64,000 nucleotides of DNA from an uncultured Bacteroidales bacterium (GCA_963750735.1 CAVVRY010000018.1:10751-74750); one strand, 5' to 3'. Counted from the first letter of the stretch, positions 12,234 through 22,625 are shown. The notes: generated by a model not told the origin, from the sequence alone. Translations and numbers: made by a program.

Positions 12234-12614
12234 ATGAAAAAACTATTGAAACTTCTTATCCAACTGCATTTTTCGCTTTAATCTATCTTTCTTCTTGCGA
12301 ATATGCATATATAGTTGAGGAAGAAATAGAGCCCCCTGATACAACAGTAGATATGAGCTTTAATAACTCAATAAAGCCCATATTTTCAAACCGAAACTGT
12401 ACCAATTGTCATAAGCCTAGTAGTACATCAGCCAGACCTGACTCCGGATAATGCTTATGGAGAGATAGTTCCAGACCTACGTAGATTTGACAATCCAGAT
12501 CTGAGTATTATATATACAAAGCCGCTTCCTGATGGCGACCATTTTCAGAAGTATACTGCAAAACAAGCACAGGATATTTTGCTTTGGATTCAACAGGGAG
12601 CAAAAGATAATTAA
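12234..12614 (+). CDS. Monoheme cytochrome c lipoprotein missing from the ORF track (two apparent frameshifts)
   Basis: Manual translation across shifts near 12261 and 12428: MKKLLKLLI..TAFFALIYLSSCEYAYIVEEEIEPPDTTVDMSFNNSIKPIFSNRNCTNCHK..QPDLTPDNAY..YTKPLPDGDHFQKYTAKQAQDILLWIQQGAKDN*. CTNCH is at 12398-12412. Confidence 0.75.
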
Positions 12615-12659
12615 AGTTTGGCAAATCAAGATTTTAAAAAAATATATAAAGAATATAGT

Positions 12660-13520
12660 ATGAAAAAGAAGATATTTCAACTGTCCCTGCTTTGGGTTTT
12701 CTTCGCTTTTGCAGGATATGCACAGGAAGCAACAGAGGAAAAAAAGGTGGACGACAGGCCTGTTTCATCTACTTTTGAAAGTAGTATGCTTATTGATAAC
12801 CAGACCAACATAATCCCGGATAAGAAAACCCTGGAAATGCAAATCCAGCATCGTTTTGGACCTATGACCAATGGCTTTTCAGATTTGTTTGGTATTTATG
12901 CACCGGGAGCCAATATTCGAATGGGATTTAACTATAGTATTATCGACAGATTGCTGGTGGGATATGGATTAACCAAGAAAAACATGTACAGTGATTTCCA
13001 GATCAAATATGCCCTTCTTCGTCAGACCCGCTCGGGCAGAATACCTTTATCAATTACCTTATACGGAAATGCTGCCATTGACAGTAGGGATAAAGAGGTT
13101 TTTGGAACAGAGTACAAATTTGTTGATCGACTATCCTATTTTGGTCAGGTGATTTTTAGTAGAAAATTTGCCGACTGGCTTTCGCTACAAATACATGGTA
13201 GTTATACACATTATAATATTGTCGCTGAGGATATGGATCACGATAAAATTGGTGTAGGTATTAACGGACGAATTAAATTTTCACCTCAGTCTTCAATCAT
13301 ATTCCAGTATGATCAACCGATCAGTGTTCAGGGTAAATCAGAATCTAAACCAAACCTGGGTTTTGGCTATGAGGTTTCAACTTTTACACATGCTTTCCAG
13401 ATTTATGTGGGAACAGCACAGGGTATAATTCAGCAGGATAACTACATGTATAATCAGAATGATTTCACCAAAGGTGAAATGATGTTTGGCTTTACCATAA
13501 CAAGATTGTGGCAGTTTTAA
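12660..13520 (+). CDS. DUF5777-family outer-membrane beta-barrel protein
   Basis: Signal peptide GYA/Q; IQHRFG, LFGIY..ANIRMG, THAFQI, FGFTITRLWQF with terminal aromatic residue; amphipathic strands. Confidence 0.8.
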   Translation: MKKKIFQLSLLWVFFAFAGYAQEATEEKKVDDRPVSSTFESSMLIDNQTNIIPDKKTLEMQIQHRFGPMTNGFSDLFGIYAPGANIRMGFNYSIIDRLLVGYGLTKKNMYSDFQIKYALLRQTRSGRIPLSITLYGNAAIDSRDKEVFGTEYKFVDRLSYFGQVIFSRKFADWLSLQIHGSYTHYNIVAEDMDHDKIGVGINGRIKFSPQSSIIFQYDQPISVQGKSESKPNLGFGYEVSTFTHAFQIYVGTAQGIIQQDNYMYNQNDFTKGEMMFGFTITRLWQF

Positions 13521-13580
13521 GTTATTGTGAAGAACAACTTCATATTTTAGTTAGTATCAGTTAGGTTGCTTTTACGATTA

Positions 13581-13613
13581 GAATAAACTTCTGTGATTTG
13601 CAGAAGTTTATTC
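13581..13613 (+). terminator. Hairpin, possible terminator after the DUF5777 gene
   Basis: GAATAAACTTCTG..CAGAAGTTTATTC inverted repeat. Confidence 0.55.
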
Positions 13614-13709
13614 CAATTGTCTTTTCGGGTTCAAATTAGCTTTTCTCACTAGCTCTGATTGACTTATAGTTTTAAATAGAATTTAGAACAAAACCAATAG
13701 AATCAAACC

Positions 13710-15209
13710 ATGAAACTTCCAAAATCATTTTATAGCTGGACAACTGCTATGGGAGCTGCTATTGCAACAATTAGCTTTATATTATTTGTTTTTTTGATAG
13801 TTCTTTCTTTTTTATTTGGTGAAGGCTCAGGCTATACGGGACTTGTTACCTACATTATTTTACCCGTTTTTATAGTTATTGGAGGATTAATGATTCCAAT
13901 AGGAATATTCACAAAACGCAGGAGAGAAAAAAAGCACAAGGTTGTTAGAGAAGTAAAATTTCCAATTTTTGATTTTAATGATCCAAAACAGCGAAGAATA
14001 TTTTTCATTTTTGGAACGGGAACTATAATTTTTTTGATGTTGATAGGGCTGGGGAGCTATGAAGCTTTTCATTATACTGAGTCAACAACTTTTTGTGGTA
14101 CTGTTTGCCATTCTGTAATGGAGCCTGAATATGTAGCGTACCAAAACTCATCACACGCAAAGGTTGGCTGTGTTGACTGCCACATTGGAGGAGGGGCTAG
14201 CTGGACAGTAAAATCTAAATTATCCGGATCATATCAGGTGTATTCTGTTGCATTTAATAAATATGAAAAACCCATTCCAACTCCTGTCCATAATCTTCGT
14301 CCGGCACAGGAGACCTGTGAAGAATGTCACTGGCCTGAGAAGTTTTACTCACGCAAGCTGGACCTTGAGAAACATTACCTGGCGGATGAAAAGAATACTG
14401 AGTGGGATATTAACCTGCAAATGAAAATTGGTCCTGAACACAGCGGTCATGGTCTGAAAGAAGGTATTCACTGGCACATTAATCCGGATATTAAGGTAGA
14501 ATATATATCTAATGATCCTAAGAGGGAGCAGATATCCTGGGTTCGATATACCAATAAAATTACAGGCGAGGAGATTATTTTTCAGGAAGAAGGTGTAAAT
14601 TATACCCAGGAACAATTTGATACACTTGAGATTCGAACCATGGATTGTCTGGATTGCCATAACCGACCATCACACAATTATAATTCTCCTATGACCTTTG
14701 TAAATACGGCCATAAGTGCCGGAGCTATCCCGCAGGAATTACCTGAAATTAAGATGCTGGCTCTTGAAATTATGGGTGGTGACTACCCATCGAAGGATAG
14801 TGCCATGAAGTATATTGAAACAACTGTGAATGAATATTATGAATCCTCCTATAGTGAAATATACCAGGATAGGAAAGAGCTGATAGAAATGGCCATTACC
14901 GGATTACAAACAGAGTTCAATAAGAACATATTCCCCGGGATGAAAGTTAACTGGAGAGCCTATCCAAATCATATTGGCCATTTGGAATTCAACGGTTGCT
15001 TCCGTTGCCACAACGACCAGCATAGTGATGAAAGCGGAAAAACTATTTCTATGGATTGCAACTTGTGCCATACTATTGTGGGCCAGGGAGTACCTGATAC
15101 ACTTCAGGTGGCTAAATACAATGAATCACTTGAGTTTGTGCACCCCAATGACCCTGATCAATACTGGAAAGAAATGCTATGTGTTGACTGCCATAGTGGT
15201 TTGTATTAA
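13710..15209 (+). CDS. NapC/NirT-family inner-membrane heptaheme cytochrome (ImcH-like)
   Basis: Three N-terminal hydrophobic helices; YTESTTFCGTVCH..MEPEY..SSHAKVGCVDCH NapC/NirT signature; 6 CxxCH plus 1 CxxxCH. Size and architecture match Geobacter ImcH. Confidence 0.85.
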   Translation: MKLPKSFYSWTTAMGAAIATISFILFVFLIVLSFLFGEGSGYTGLVTYIILPVFIVIGGLMIPIGIFTKRRREKKHKVVREVKFPIFDFNDPKQRRIFFIFGTGTIIFLMLIGLGSYEAFHYTESTTFCGTVCHSVMEPEYVAYQNSSHAKVGCVDCHIGGGASWTVKSKLSGSYQVYSVAFNKYEKPIPTPVHNLRPAQETCEECHWPEKFYSRKLDLEKHYLADEKNTEWDINLQMKIGPEHSGHGLKEGIHWHINPDIKVEYISNDPKREQISWVRYTNKITGEEIIFQEEGVNYTQEQFDTLEIRTMDCLDCHNRPSHNYNSPMTFVNTAISAGAIPQELPEIKMLALEIMGGDYPSKDSAMKYIETTVNEYYESSYSEIYQDRKELIEMAITGLQTEFNKNIFPGMKVNWRAYPNHIGHLEFNGCFRCHNDQHSDESGKTISMDCNLCHTIVGQGVPDTLQVAKYNESLEFVHPNDPDQYWKEMLCVDCHSGLY

Positions 15210-15461
15210 TCAAGAGCCAGGTTTGGAATGAATTTAATTGCCCAAATGCCCATTTCCCTTTTGTGAGAAGAGCATATCCAGGGGACATTTTATGACAAAA
15301 GATCCATGTTTTTGTGATATATAACATTTTAGTTATCCGATATTCGAATGTTTATATATTTTTACACACTCATTTAATATTTTCCCCGGAAATTAGTTTG
15401 GTGGAACTTTATTGTTAAAAGCCTTATCCTTGAGGCAAAATTTAGTTTTAAAAATTTACAC

Positions 15462-18400
15462 ATGAAAAAAATATTTGATTTTTTATTCTCAATGCAATGG
15501 ATGGCATTTCTCATTCTTATAATGATATTTTCCACTGCCACAGCAACTTTTATTGAAAATGATTTTGGACCAGCAGCTGCAAGAGCAGCAGTCTACAACG
15601 CAAGGTGGTTTGAAGTTTTACTTTTATTTATAATCATAAACCTGATTGGGAATATGATTGTTAATAAAGTATATAAAACAAAAAAATTGAGCATATTCAT
15701 ATTCCATTTTGCTTTTCTTTTCATTTTTTTAGGTTCTGCTATTACCCGGTACATAAGCTATGAAGGATCCATGCATATTCGGGAAAATGATTCATCTGAC
15801 CGTATTATTTCTTCACAATCATATCTTAGTATTGAAGCAGAAAATGAATCCGGGGATGTGCAATACCATGAAAAGACACAATTTATAGCCGGCAAAAAGA
15901 ATAAATTCAATAAAACCCTCAAAATTGGGAATGAATCATTGAAGCTTAAATTGACCAGGTATATCCCAAATGCTGAAAAATCATTGATTCCTGACCCTGT
16001 TGGTGAGCCCGTTGTTTCATTTGTAACATTAGGATCTGAGGGTAGACAGCCACATCTTCTTACACCTGGAGAGACAGAGCATATTGCTGACTTTCATGTG
16101 GGATTTAATAATGCTGCTGCCGATTTTAACATTGTTATTAAGGATGAAGGTTTATATTTTACATCAAAAAACGATGTTTCACTAATGGATATGGGCACAA
16201 ATTCACAGACTCCCCTGGCAGATGGAGAATTGCATCCTTTTGAGACAAAGAGATTATATACTACTAATAATACACAAATAGTACTATCTGACTTTGTAAA
16301 TAAAGGTAAAGTAGATTGGGTTGTTGGTCCAAACGACGGGGCATTTCGACCTGATGTTTTGCTTCTGGAAGCATCATTTAAATCAAAGACTGAAATTCTT
16401 CCCTGTTTTGGAAAGGCTGATAGAATTGGGACTCAACAGAGTTTTGACCTCGATGGAACAACCGTTACCCTGACCTATGGCCCCAGGTGGATTCAGCTTC
16501 CATTTGCTCTCTTCCTTAAAGATTTTCAGCTTGAAAGGTATCCCGGTTCAAACAGTCCGGCTTCCTATGCAAGTGAAGTTACTTTGATTGATAGGGAGAG
16601 TGGTATTGAAAAACCCTATCGGATATTTATGAATAATATATTGAATTATAAGGGCTACAGGTTTTTCCAGTCTTCATATGATACAGATGAGAAAGGAACC
16701 ATTTTATCAGTAAATCACGATGCGATGGGAACTTTTGTAACGTATATAGGTTACTTTTTAATGACCCTGGGTATGGTATTATCCATTTTTAACAAAAATA
16801 GCCGTTTCAGAAGCCTTGCAAGATCAGGGAATAATACCAGAGGAGTTGCGGCAACAGTTTCTACTCTGCTTGTACTTGCATTTACTACGCTTATGCCTTC
16901 CACTTTAAATGCTCAAACAGCATCAGGCACAAATGACGTCATAAGTTCCAGCCAGGCGAACGAATTGTCATCTATTCTGGTTCAGGACCAGGGAGGGCGT
17001 ATTAAGCCCCTTCAATCAATGGCATCTGATGTTATGAGGAAGGTAGTTAAAAGTGAATCGGTTAATGGTATGAACTCAATGCAGGTTGTTATGGGGATGT
17101 ATTTATTCCCGGAATCATGGCAACATGTCCCTATGATCAAGGTAACTAATGGAGAGATTCAGAAAATGCTGGGAGTTCGTGACAAATTTGTATCCTACGT
17201 TGACTTCTTTGATATGGCTGCAATGGGTCAGTACAAGCTATCGAAAATCGTGCAGGAAGCCTATCAGAAAAAGCCAGGTTTACGGACCAAACTTGACCAG
17301 GAAATCCTAAAGGTGGATGAAAGGGTTAATGTTTGTTATATGGTATACTCCGGAAGTATAATAAGGATATTTCCTGTTTTGAATGATCCAAATCATAAAT
17401 GGTATGGCCCGGCAGAAGCTGTAAGTGTAGTTCCAAAATCAGATTCCATTTTTGTAAGTGGAGTTCTCGCTTCTTACAAGAATTCCATCGCTCAGAAAGG
17501 CAATGAAGCAACAGCTTCGGAGATTATAAATGGCATAAAAAAATATCAACAAATTAATGCCGGTGAGTTGTATCCAGCCAAATCGAAAATCTCACTGGAA
17601 ATATTTTACAACCGGATTCATATTTTTGATAAGCTTACAAAATACTATGCGATCATTGGCTTTATCCTGTTGATTCTTCTTCTGATTTCTGTTCTGAATG
17701 AAAAAACAGGAATAAATAAAATTATTCGAATAGCCACCTTATTACTCTTATTGGGTTTTATTTTCCACACATTTGGTTTGGGTATTCGTTGGTATATTTC
17801 CGAACACGCTCCATGGAGTAATGGATATGAATCCATGATTTATATAGCATGGGCTGCTATGCTCTCGGGTTTGATATTCGTTCGAAAATCAACCTTTACT
17901 CTGGTTGCAGCCTCATTGCTTGCTGCTTTAACCCTTATGGTGGCACATATGAGCTGGATGAACCCGGAGATTACGAACCTGGTACCTGTTCTGAAGTCCT
18001 ATTGGTTGACTATACATGTATCAGTTATTACGGCCAGCTATGGATTCCTTGGAACAGGGATGGTCTTAGGACTGTTTAATCTGGTTCTGTATATAATGAA
18101 AACAGACAAGAATCATTTTAAGCTGGAGAAACAGATTAAAACACTTAGTGAAATCAATGAATTATCACTTATTCTTGGTGTCTACTTTTTATCTGTTGGT
18201 ACTTTCTTAGGAGGTGTTTGGGCCAATGAATCCTGGGGACGTTACTGGGGCTGGGACCCAAAGGAGACCTGGGCATTGATAACGGCACTGGTATATATTT
18301 TCATAACCCATATGAGGTTTGTACCGGGGCTAAAAGGAGATTTTGCTTTTAACCTTGCATCAGTTGTAGGATTCTTTTCCGTATTGATGACTTATTTTGG

Positions 18401-18560
18401 AGTGAACTATTACCTGGCTGGTCTTCATTCTTATGCTGCTGGCGATGCTGTACCCATTCCGAAGTTTGTTTATTTTACGGTCGCAAGCCTTGTTTTAATA
18501 ATTCTTTTTGCCTGGTTCAACGAAAAGAATTTTAGAAAAAAGATCCCTGCTGTTAAGTAA
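15462..18560 (+). CDS. ccsA: Fused System II cytochrome c synthetase CcsBA (ResB-CcsA, NrfI-like)
   Basis: N-terminal ATFIEND..YNARWFE and FHFAFLFIFLGSAITRY (ResB part); C-terminal HAPWSNGYE, LKSYWLTIHV and WWD motif WANESWGRYWGWDPKETW, GLHSYA. Confidence 0.93.
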   Translation: MKKIFDFLFSMQWMAFLILIMIFSTATATFIENDFGPAAARAAVYNARWFEVLLLFIIINLIGNMIVNKVYKTKKLSIFIFHFAFLFIFLGSAITRYISYEGSMHIRENDSSDRIISSQSYLSIEAENESGDVQYHEKTQFIAGKKNKFNKTLKIGNESLKLKLTRYIPNAEKSLIPDPVGEPVVSFVTLGSEGRQPHLLTPGETEHIADFHVGFNNAAADFNIVIKDEGLYFTSKNDVSLMDMGTNSQTPLADGELHPFETKRLYTTNNTQIVLSDFVNKGKVDWVVGPNDGAFRPDVLLLEASFKSKTEILPCFGKADRIGTQQSFDLDGTTVTLTYGPRWIQLPFALFLKDFQLERYPGSNSPASYASEVTLIDRESGIEKPYRIFMNNILNYKGYRFFQSSYDTDEKGTILSVNHDAMGTFVTYIGYFLMTLGMVLSIFNKNSRFRSLARSGNNTRGVAATVSTLLVLAFTTLMPSTLNAQTASGTNDVISSSQANELSSILVQDQGGRIKPLQSMASDVMRKVVKSESVNGMNSMQVVMGMYLFPESWQHVPMIKVTNGEIQKMLGVRDKFVSYVDFFDMAAMGQYKLSKIVQEAYQKKPGLRTKLDQEILKVDERVNVCYMVYSGSIIRIFPVLNDPNHKWYGPAEAVSVVPKSDSIFVSGVLASYKNSIAQKGNEATASEIINGIKKYQQINAGELYPAKSKISLEIFYNRIHIFDKLTKYYAIIGFILLILLLISVLNEKTGINKIIRIATLLLLLGFIFHTFGLGIRWYISEHAPWSNGYESMIYIAWAAMLSGLIFVRKSTFTLVAASLLAALTLMVAHMSWMNPEITNLVPVLKSYWLTIHVSVITASYGFLGTGMVLGLFNLVLYIMKTDKNHFKLEKQIKTLSEINELSLILGVYFLSVGTFLGGVWANESWGRYWGWDPKETWALITALVYIFITHMRFVPGLKGDFAFNLASVVGFFSVLMTYFGVNYYLAGLHSYAAGDAVPIPKFVYFTVASLVLIILFAWFNEKNFRKKIPAVK

Positions 18561-18580
18561 ACTGTAAATGAATCGAAAAT

Positions 18581-18616
18581 AAAAATCGGGAGGCTGAGAA
18601 CCAGTCCTCCCGGTTT
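18581..18616. terminator. Terminator between convergent ccsBA and multiheme operon
   Basis: CGGGAGGCTG-AGAAC-CAGTCCTCCCG hairpin flanked by A and T runs. Confidence 0.7.
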
Positions 18617-18635
18617 CATTTTTGTAATAAAATCT

Positions 18636-20411
18636 TTACCAACAACTTTGTCTACCTCCACAATGAGCATCCGTACCCAGATAAGAATAACTGAAGCTTC
18701 CACCTGTGGGATTGTTTACAATTGTGCCACCATCCACAAAGCTTCTGGGATCAAAATAAGTATTCCCATCCACATGCCATGATGTCCCATATGTTCCCTG
18801 GTAAACAGGAGAACCGCTATCTCCATAATCTCCATCATTCGCATTATGACACCAGAAACAGTTAACCTGAGTCCAACCGCTAGCTATTAAATCCTGATCA
18901 TTATCTTTATGAGGCGTTCTTCTATGACCACCATAGTTTGGAGGTTGAGGGTCTGCTGGGCCAGGAGTTGTAATTGTATAATCACCAGTCATATTGCCAA
19001 CACCGGAATGACAGGCATCGCAGGAAGAAATAGTTCCAACAGTTGAATTCCATGCCGGCGTTAAAGTATATATGGGTGAATCTGGAGGTCTTGCACCCCA
19101 TATTAAAACGCCGTCAGTTCCCCTGTAAGCGCTTTTACCATCACTATGACAATAGATATTGCCACAGGTTTTGTCGCCATTGTAAGACGGTGTATTGCTG
19201 TCTGCTCCATTCCTGTATACCAGGCCGGAGGGATCAAAAGCGACATTGGCTGCACCGCCACTTGGGTGTGAGCCTTCAAGATCACCACCTGATCCATACT
19301 GGTAATGGCAGGTGTTGCATTCGAATTGATATTTGGATGTATGAGCGTAATGACCCTCTGTAGTACCCCAGCCTGGAAAATTTGCAATATGGCAATCTTC
19401 ACATCCGGTTGGAGCAAAGCTGTCTTCATGAGGATGACAGCCAATACAATTGTCCCCTGCATGATGATTACCTCCGGTACCATCATTATTATGATAGTTT
19501 GTACTTGTATGACAAACCTCACATATTCCATCATAATTGGAATCTCCATCTGCACCTGAGTTGGAGCCTGTTTGTTCTGTAAATAGTACAGTTTTATCTC
19601 CACTGTTTGGAGTTGAAACAATATTTCTAATTAAATAAATGTTGGCCTTATTAGTATTGTGTGTTTGATGACAGGCTGAGCATCCCATGGACTCGTGCGC
19701 TGTATAGGTATGACAACTGGCACATAGAGCATCATTATTTGTTTGACGGAGAAGATAGCCGTCTGTGGTAGCTGAATAATGAACCTGGTGGCAACTTGAG
19801 CATTCAATATTGCCATCGGGTATTATCACAGATCCTGTAGGCGGTTCCTTATACGCAATATTTCCTGTAGGATAGGCCAGACCAATAGGGTGACTTCCTT
19901 TATTATTGATGTTGTCGTCTGCATATCGGCCAACATCCCGGGCTGAATGACAATCCTTACACATGGCATCACCTTCATTGGAAATCCGAAGATAGTTTGG
20001 AATTGTATTTCCAACATGCTGATCATGGCAGGTAGAACAGATTATATTTCCATCAGGCAGGCGTAGCAGCATTTCCGGATTAGTAGGTGTGTTTGTCTCG
20101 TAGCTTGCATTGATTGCCAATTCACCCCAGGCATGAGAAGTCCCTCTCGTTCCGGGTATTGCCTTGTCTGAGTTATCCAGGGGCAGACCGCTTGCTGTTC
20201 CGGTTGGATTGTGGCAACTGATACACAAATTGGCATTTCCGTCAACTGCAGTTAAGGCTCCTCCGGGAGCATTGTGGAATATATGACATGCACTACAGGT
20301 ATAAACAATATGTCCCTGTGCAAGACCTAAATTGTTAATAGCTGAGAATAAAGCAACTAGAAATATCCCTTTTATCAAGTATTGATTTAATTTATAGGAG
20401 ATATCTTTCAT
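18636..20411 (-). CDS. Secreted multiheme cytochrome c, about 14 hemes, with Geobacter-type CxxxxCH...CxxCH C-terminal domain
   Basis: Signal peptide GLA/Q; 13 CxxCH plus CGNIYCH followed by PAW..CDACH; OmcE-like pairs (CxxCHxxH..LR..LCxxCH) in the N-terminal half. Confidence 0.9.
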   Translation of the reverse strand: MKDISYKLNQYLIKGIFLVALFSAINNLGLAQGHIVYTCSACHIFHNAPGGALTAVDGNANLCISCHNPTGTASGLPLDNSDKAIPGTRGTSHAWGELAINASYETNTPTNPEMLLRLPDGNIICSTCHDQHVGNTIPNYLRISNEGDAMCKDCHSARDVGRYADDNINNKGSHPIGLAYPTGNIAYKEPPTGSVIIPDGNIECSSCHQVHYSATTDGYLLRQTNNDALCASCHTYTAHESMGCSACHQTHNTNKANIYLIRNIVSTPNSGDKTVLFTEQTGSNSGADGDSNYDGICEVCHTSTNYHNNDGTGGNHHAGDNCIGCHPHEDSFAPTGCEDCHIANFPGWGTTEGHYAHTSKYQFECNTCHYQYGSGGDLEGSHPSGGAANVAFDPSGLVYRNGADSNTPSYNGDKTCGNIYCHSDGKSAYRGTDGVLIWGARPPDSPIYTLTPAWNSTVGTISSCDACHSGVGNMTGDYTITTPGPADPQPPNYGGHRRTPHKDNDQDLIASGWTQVNCFWCHNANDGDYGDSGSPVYQGTYGTSWHVDGNTYFDPRSFVDGGTIVNNPTGGSFSYSYLGTDAHCGGRQSCW

Positions 20412-20432
20412 TTTAAAATCCAGTATAGTTGT

Positions 20433-22625
20433 TTATTTACTTATAATTAATTTTCCTGAACTGACCAGGTCTTCTGAAGCAACTCTTACCATATATATAC
20501 CTTTTGGAAGACCGCCCAAGTCAATTATTTCCTTGGCCTCGTTGGGATTAAGTTGCACCGAGTAAATTATCTGTCCCTGCAAATTATAAATCTCTATCTT
20601 CATATTGTTATGAACTGGGTTAATAAGCTCTATAGTCAATAGGCCACTTGTTGGGTTCGGATATAAGCTTATGATATCATCCAGCACAATAGATTCAACA
20701 GGCAACTGTAAAACAGTTATAGTATCCGAAAAGGCTACATCACCACAGTTTTCATTGTATGAGGTTAGAGTTACAATATAATCACCTGGACTTGAATATG
20801 TGTGAACCGGATTGGCTTCTGTGCTTGTTTTTGTATCGCCAAAATCCCATAGGTATGAATCAGAATTAAGAGAAGTATTTATGAAACTAATTTCCATTGC
20901 ATTATGATTGAAGTCGAATCCTGGTACGGGAGATTCCCTTTTAACAATATCAGGATAACCAACAGACTTTGTATTACTGCAGTTTTGATCACTTACTAAT
21001 TTAACCTCATATGTACCCTGATCGGAAACAGAAAGTGTATATGGGCTTTGATGAATATTTTCAACTGTCTTAGGGTTTGAGTCATCATTTGTATATGTAA
21101 TAGACCAGGGTGAAGAGCCTGTAAGATCAATGATCAGATCTGTGCTCTGATCCTCACAGATCAAAACTGTAGCATTTCCAATTGTGATAGTTGATGTAGG
21201 TAAAGAATTCATCGTAACCTCGGCTGTTCCGGTGTAAATGCTTCCGGAGCAACCACCACCTTCCAGAGCAACCACTTCGTAAAGTCCTGCTTCTGAAACC
21301 TTAAGCAGGTAGGGATTATTTGTTGTAGTTTCCGTTTTTGGATCAGATCCATTCTTAGTATAGGTAAAGGTCCAGGGAGGTAGTCCTGTAAAACTTATTG
21401 CTATATCAGTTGATTCTCCGTCGCATATTGCTACCTCCCCATTTGAAATATTGGAAGTAGGAGGATCATTATTTACTTCAATTTTTGTTTTTCCTGTGAA
21501 ACAGGTGCCTGCAGAGTTGGCATCATTGAGAGCTGATACTTCATAGGTCCCAGGTTCAGAAACCGTTAAAACATATCGATTCTCTATTATGTTATTAACC
21601 TCTACCGGGTTTAACCCGTCCACCGTATAGATGAATGTCCAGGGCGCTGTTCCGGTGAATTCAATTTCAATATTCGTGCTTTCTCCCTGGCAAATGATAG
21701 TATTCAGGCTATTCATTTTTGCTGTTGGTAAAGCACTGTTAATGCCATACACATCAAATGCTGAATTATTCAATGAACTAATTAGTAGCTGATTATGGGA
21801 ATTTGAAACAATATCGAGAGGTACATTCAATTGGCCTTCTGTACTTCCAAACTCACCAAACCGGGTAATATACGATCCATTCTGATCGAATATGCTTATT
21901 TGCGCCTGAAATGGATCAGTAACAAATATATTTCCACAATTGCCTGTGGTAATACCCTGGATTCTGTAAAACTCACCTTCTCCATTTCCATGTTTTCCAA
22001 AGCTGCCAATTAATGTTCCATCAAGATTGAATATCCATACCTTAACTTCAGGATTAAATCCGGTGCCCAATCCCCCATGTTCTGCAACCAGTAAAGTATT
22101 ATTATTCGGGTTGTATGCTATTCCGGTTGGGAAAACTAAAATTCCTTCACCAATTACACGTATTACATTTGCTGAAAGATCAAGAACAATTACTTTTTTT
22201 AACTCACTATCTGCCACGTACAAAAGGCCGTCAGCATCAAATGCCATTGAATTTGGGAATAGTGTTCCTGAATAAAATTCGGTTAAGTTCCCATCTGGCT
22301 CAAATCTATAAATGTGGCCCGTTTCATCAGATCCGATGAACAGTTGATTGTTTCTGTTAACAGCAAGAGAAAGAGGTGAGATTTCCGGATATTGGGTAGC
22401 TAGTAAATTCCCGGAAGGATCAAATTTCAATATACGTTTTTCATTTACATCTGTCAGATAAATATTATCGAAATGGTCAACAGCCATTCTTACAGGAGCA
22501 TTTATTCCATTTTCAATACGGGATATATGAACAATATCCTCAGGAGCGACCTGAGAATATATGATTTTAATGGATGCAAGCACTATGATCCAAAGAAATA
22601 GATTTTTCTTTAAAAAACTTTTCAA
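20433..22625 (-). CDS. NHL-repeat beta-propeller, 3 Ig-like repeats, PKD domain and T9SS type A C-terminal domain
   Basis: NHL blades (FPNSMAFDADGLLYVAD, LVFPTGIAY, GQLNVPLDI); three repeats of ICxGESTxIxIxFTGxxPWTFxYT; PKD SYLWDFGD..NPVHTYSSPGDYIVTL; CTD LYPNPTSG..IEIYNLQGQ..LPKGIYMVRV..KLIISK. Confidence 0.88.
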   Translation of the reverse strand: MKSFLKKNLFLWIIVLASIKIIYSQVAPEDIVHISRIENGINAPVRMAVDHFDNIYLTDVNEKRILKFDPSGNLLATQYPEISPLSLAVNRNNQLFIGSDETGHIYRFEPDGNLTEFYSGTLFPNSMAFDADGLLYVADSELKKVIVLDLSANVIRVIGEGILVFPTGIAYNPNNNTLLVAEHGGLGTGFNPEVKVWIFNLDGTLIGSFGKHGNGEGEFYRIQGITTGNCGNIFVTDPFQAQISIFDQNGSYITRFGEFGSTEGQLNVPLDIVSNSHNQLLISSLNNSAFDVYGINSALPTAKMNSLNTIICQGESTNIEIEFTGTAPWTFIYTVDGLNPVEVNNIIENRYVLTVSEPGTYEVSALNDANSAGTCFTGKTKIEVNNDPPTSNISNGEVAICDGESTDIAISFTGLPPWTFTYTKNGSDPKTETTTNNPYLLKVSEAGLYEVVALEGGGCSGSIYTGTAEVTMNSLPTSTITIGNATVLICEDQSTDLIIDLTGSSPWSITYTNDDSNPKTVENIHQSPYTLSVSDQGTYEVKLVSDQNCSNTKSVGYPDIVKRESPVPGFDFNHNAMEISFINTSLNSDSYLWDFGDTKTSTEANPVHTYSSPGDYIVTLTSYNENCGDVAFSDTITVLQLPVESIVLDDIISLYPNPTSGLLTIELINPVHNNMKIEIYNLQGQIIYSVQLNPNEAKEIIDLGGLPKGIYMVRVASEDLVSSGKLIISK

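Noticed and set aside
11057-18560. Reading hexaheme + NapC/NirT + CcsBA as an nrfAH-I nitrite ammonification cluster
   Set aside because: There is no CxxCK catalytic motif, the hexaheme is a 362-aa lipoprotein, and the NapC/NirT protein is 499 aa with 7 hemes rather than a small tetraheme NrfH.
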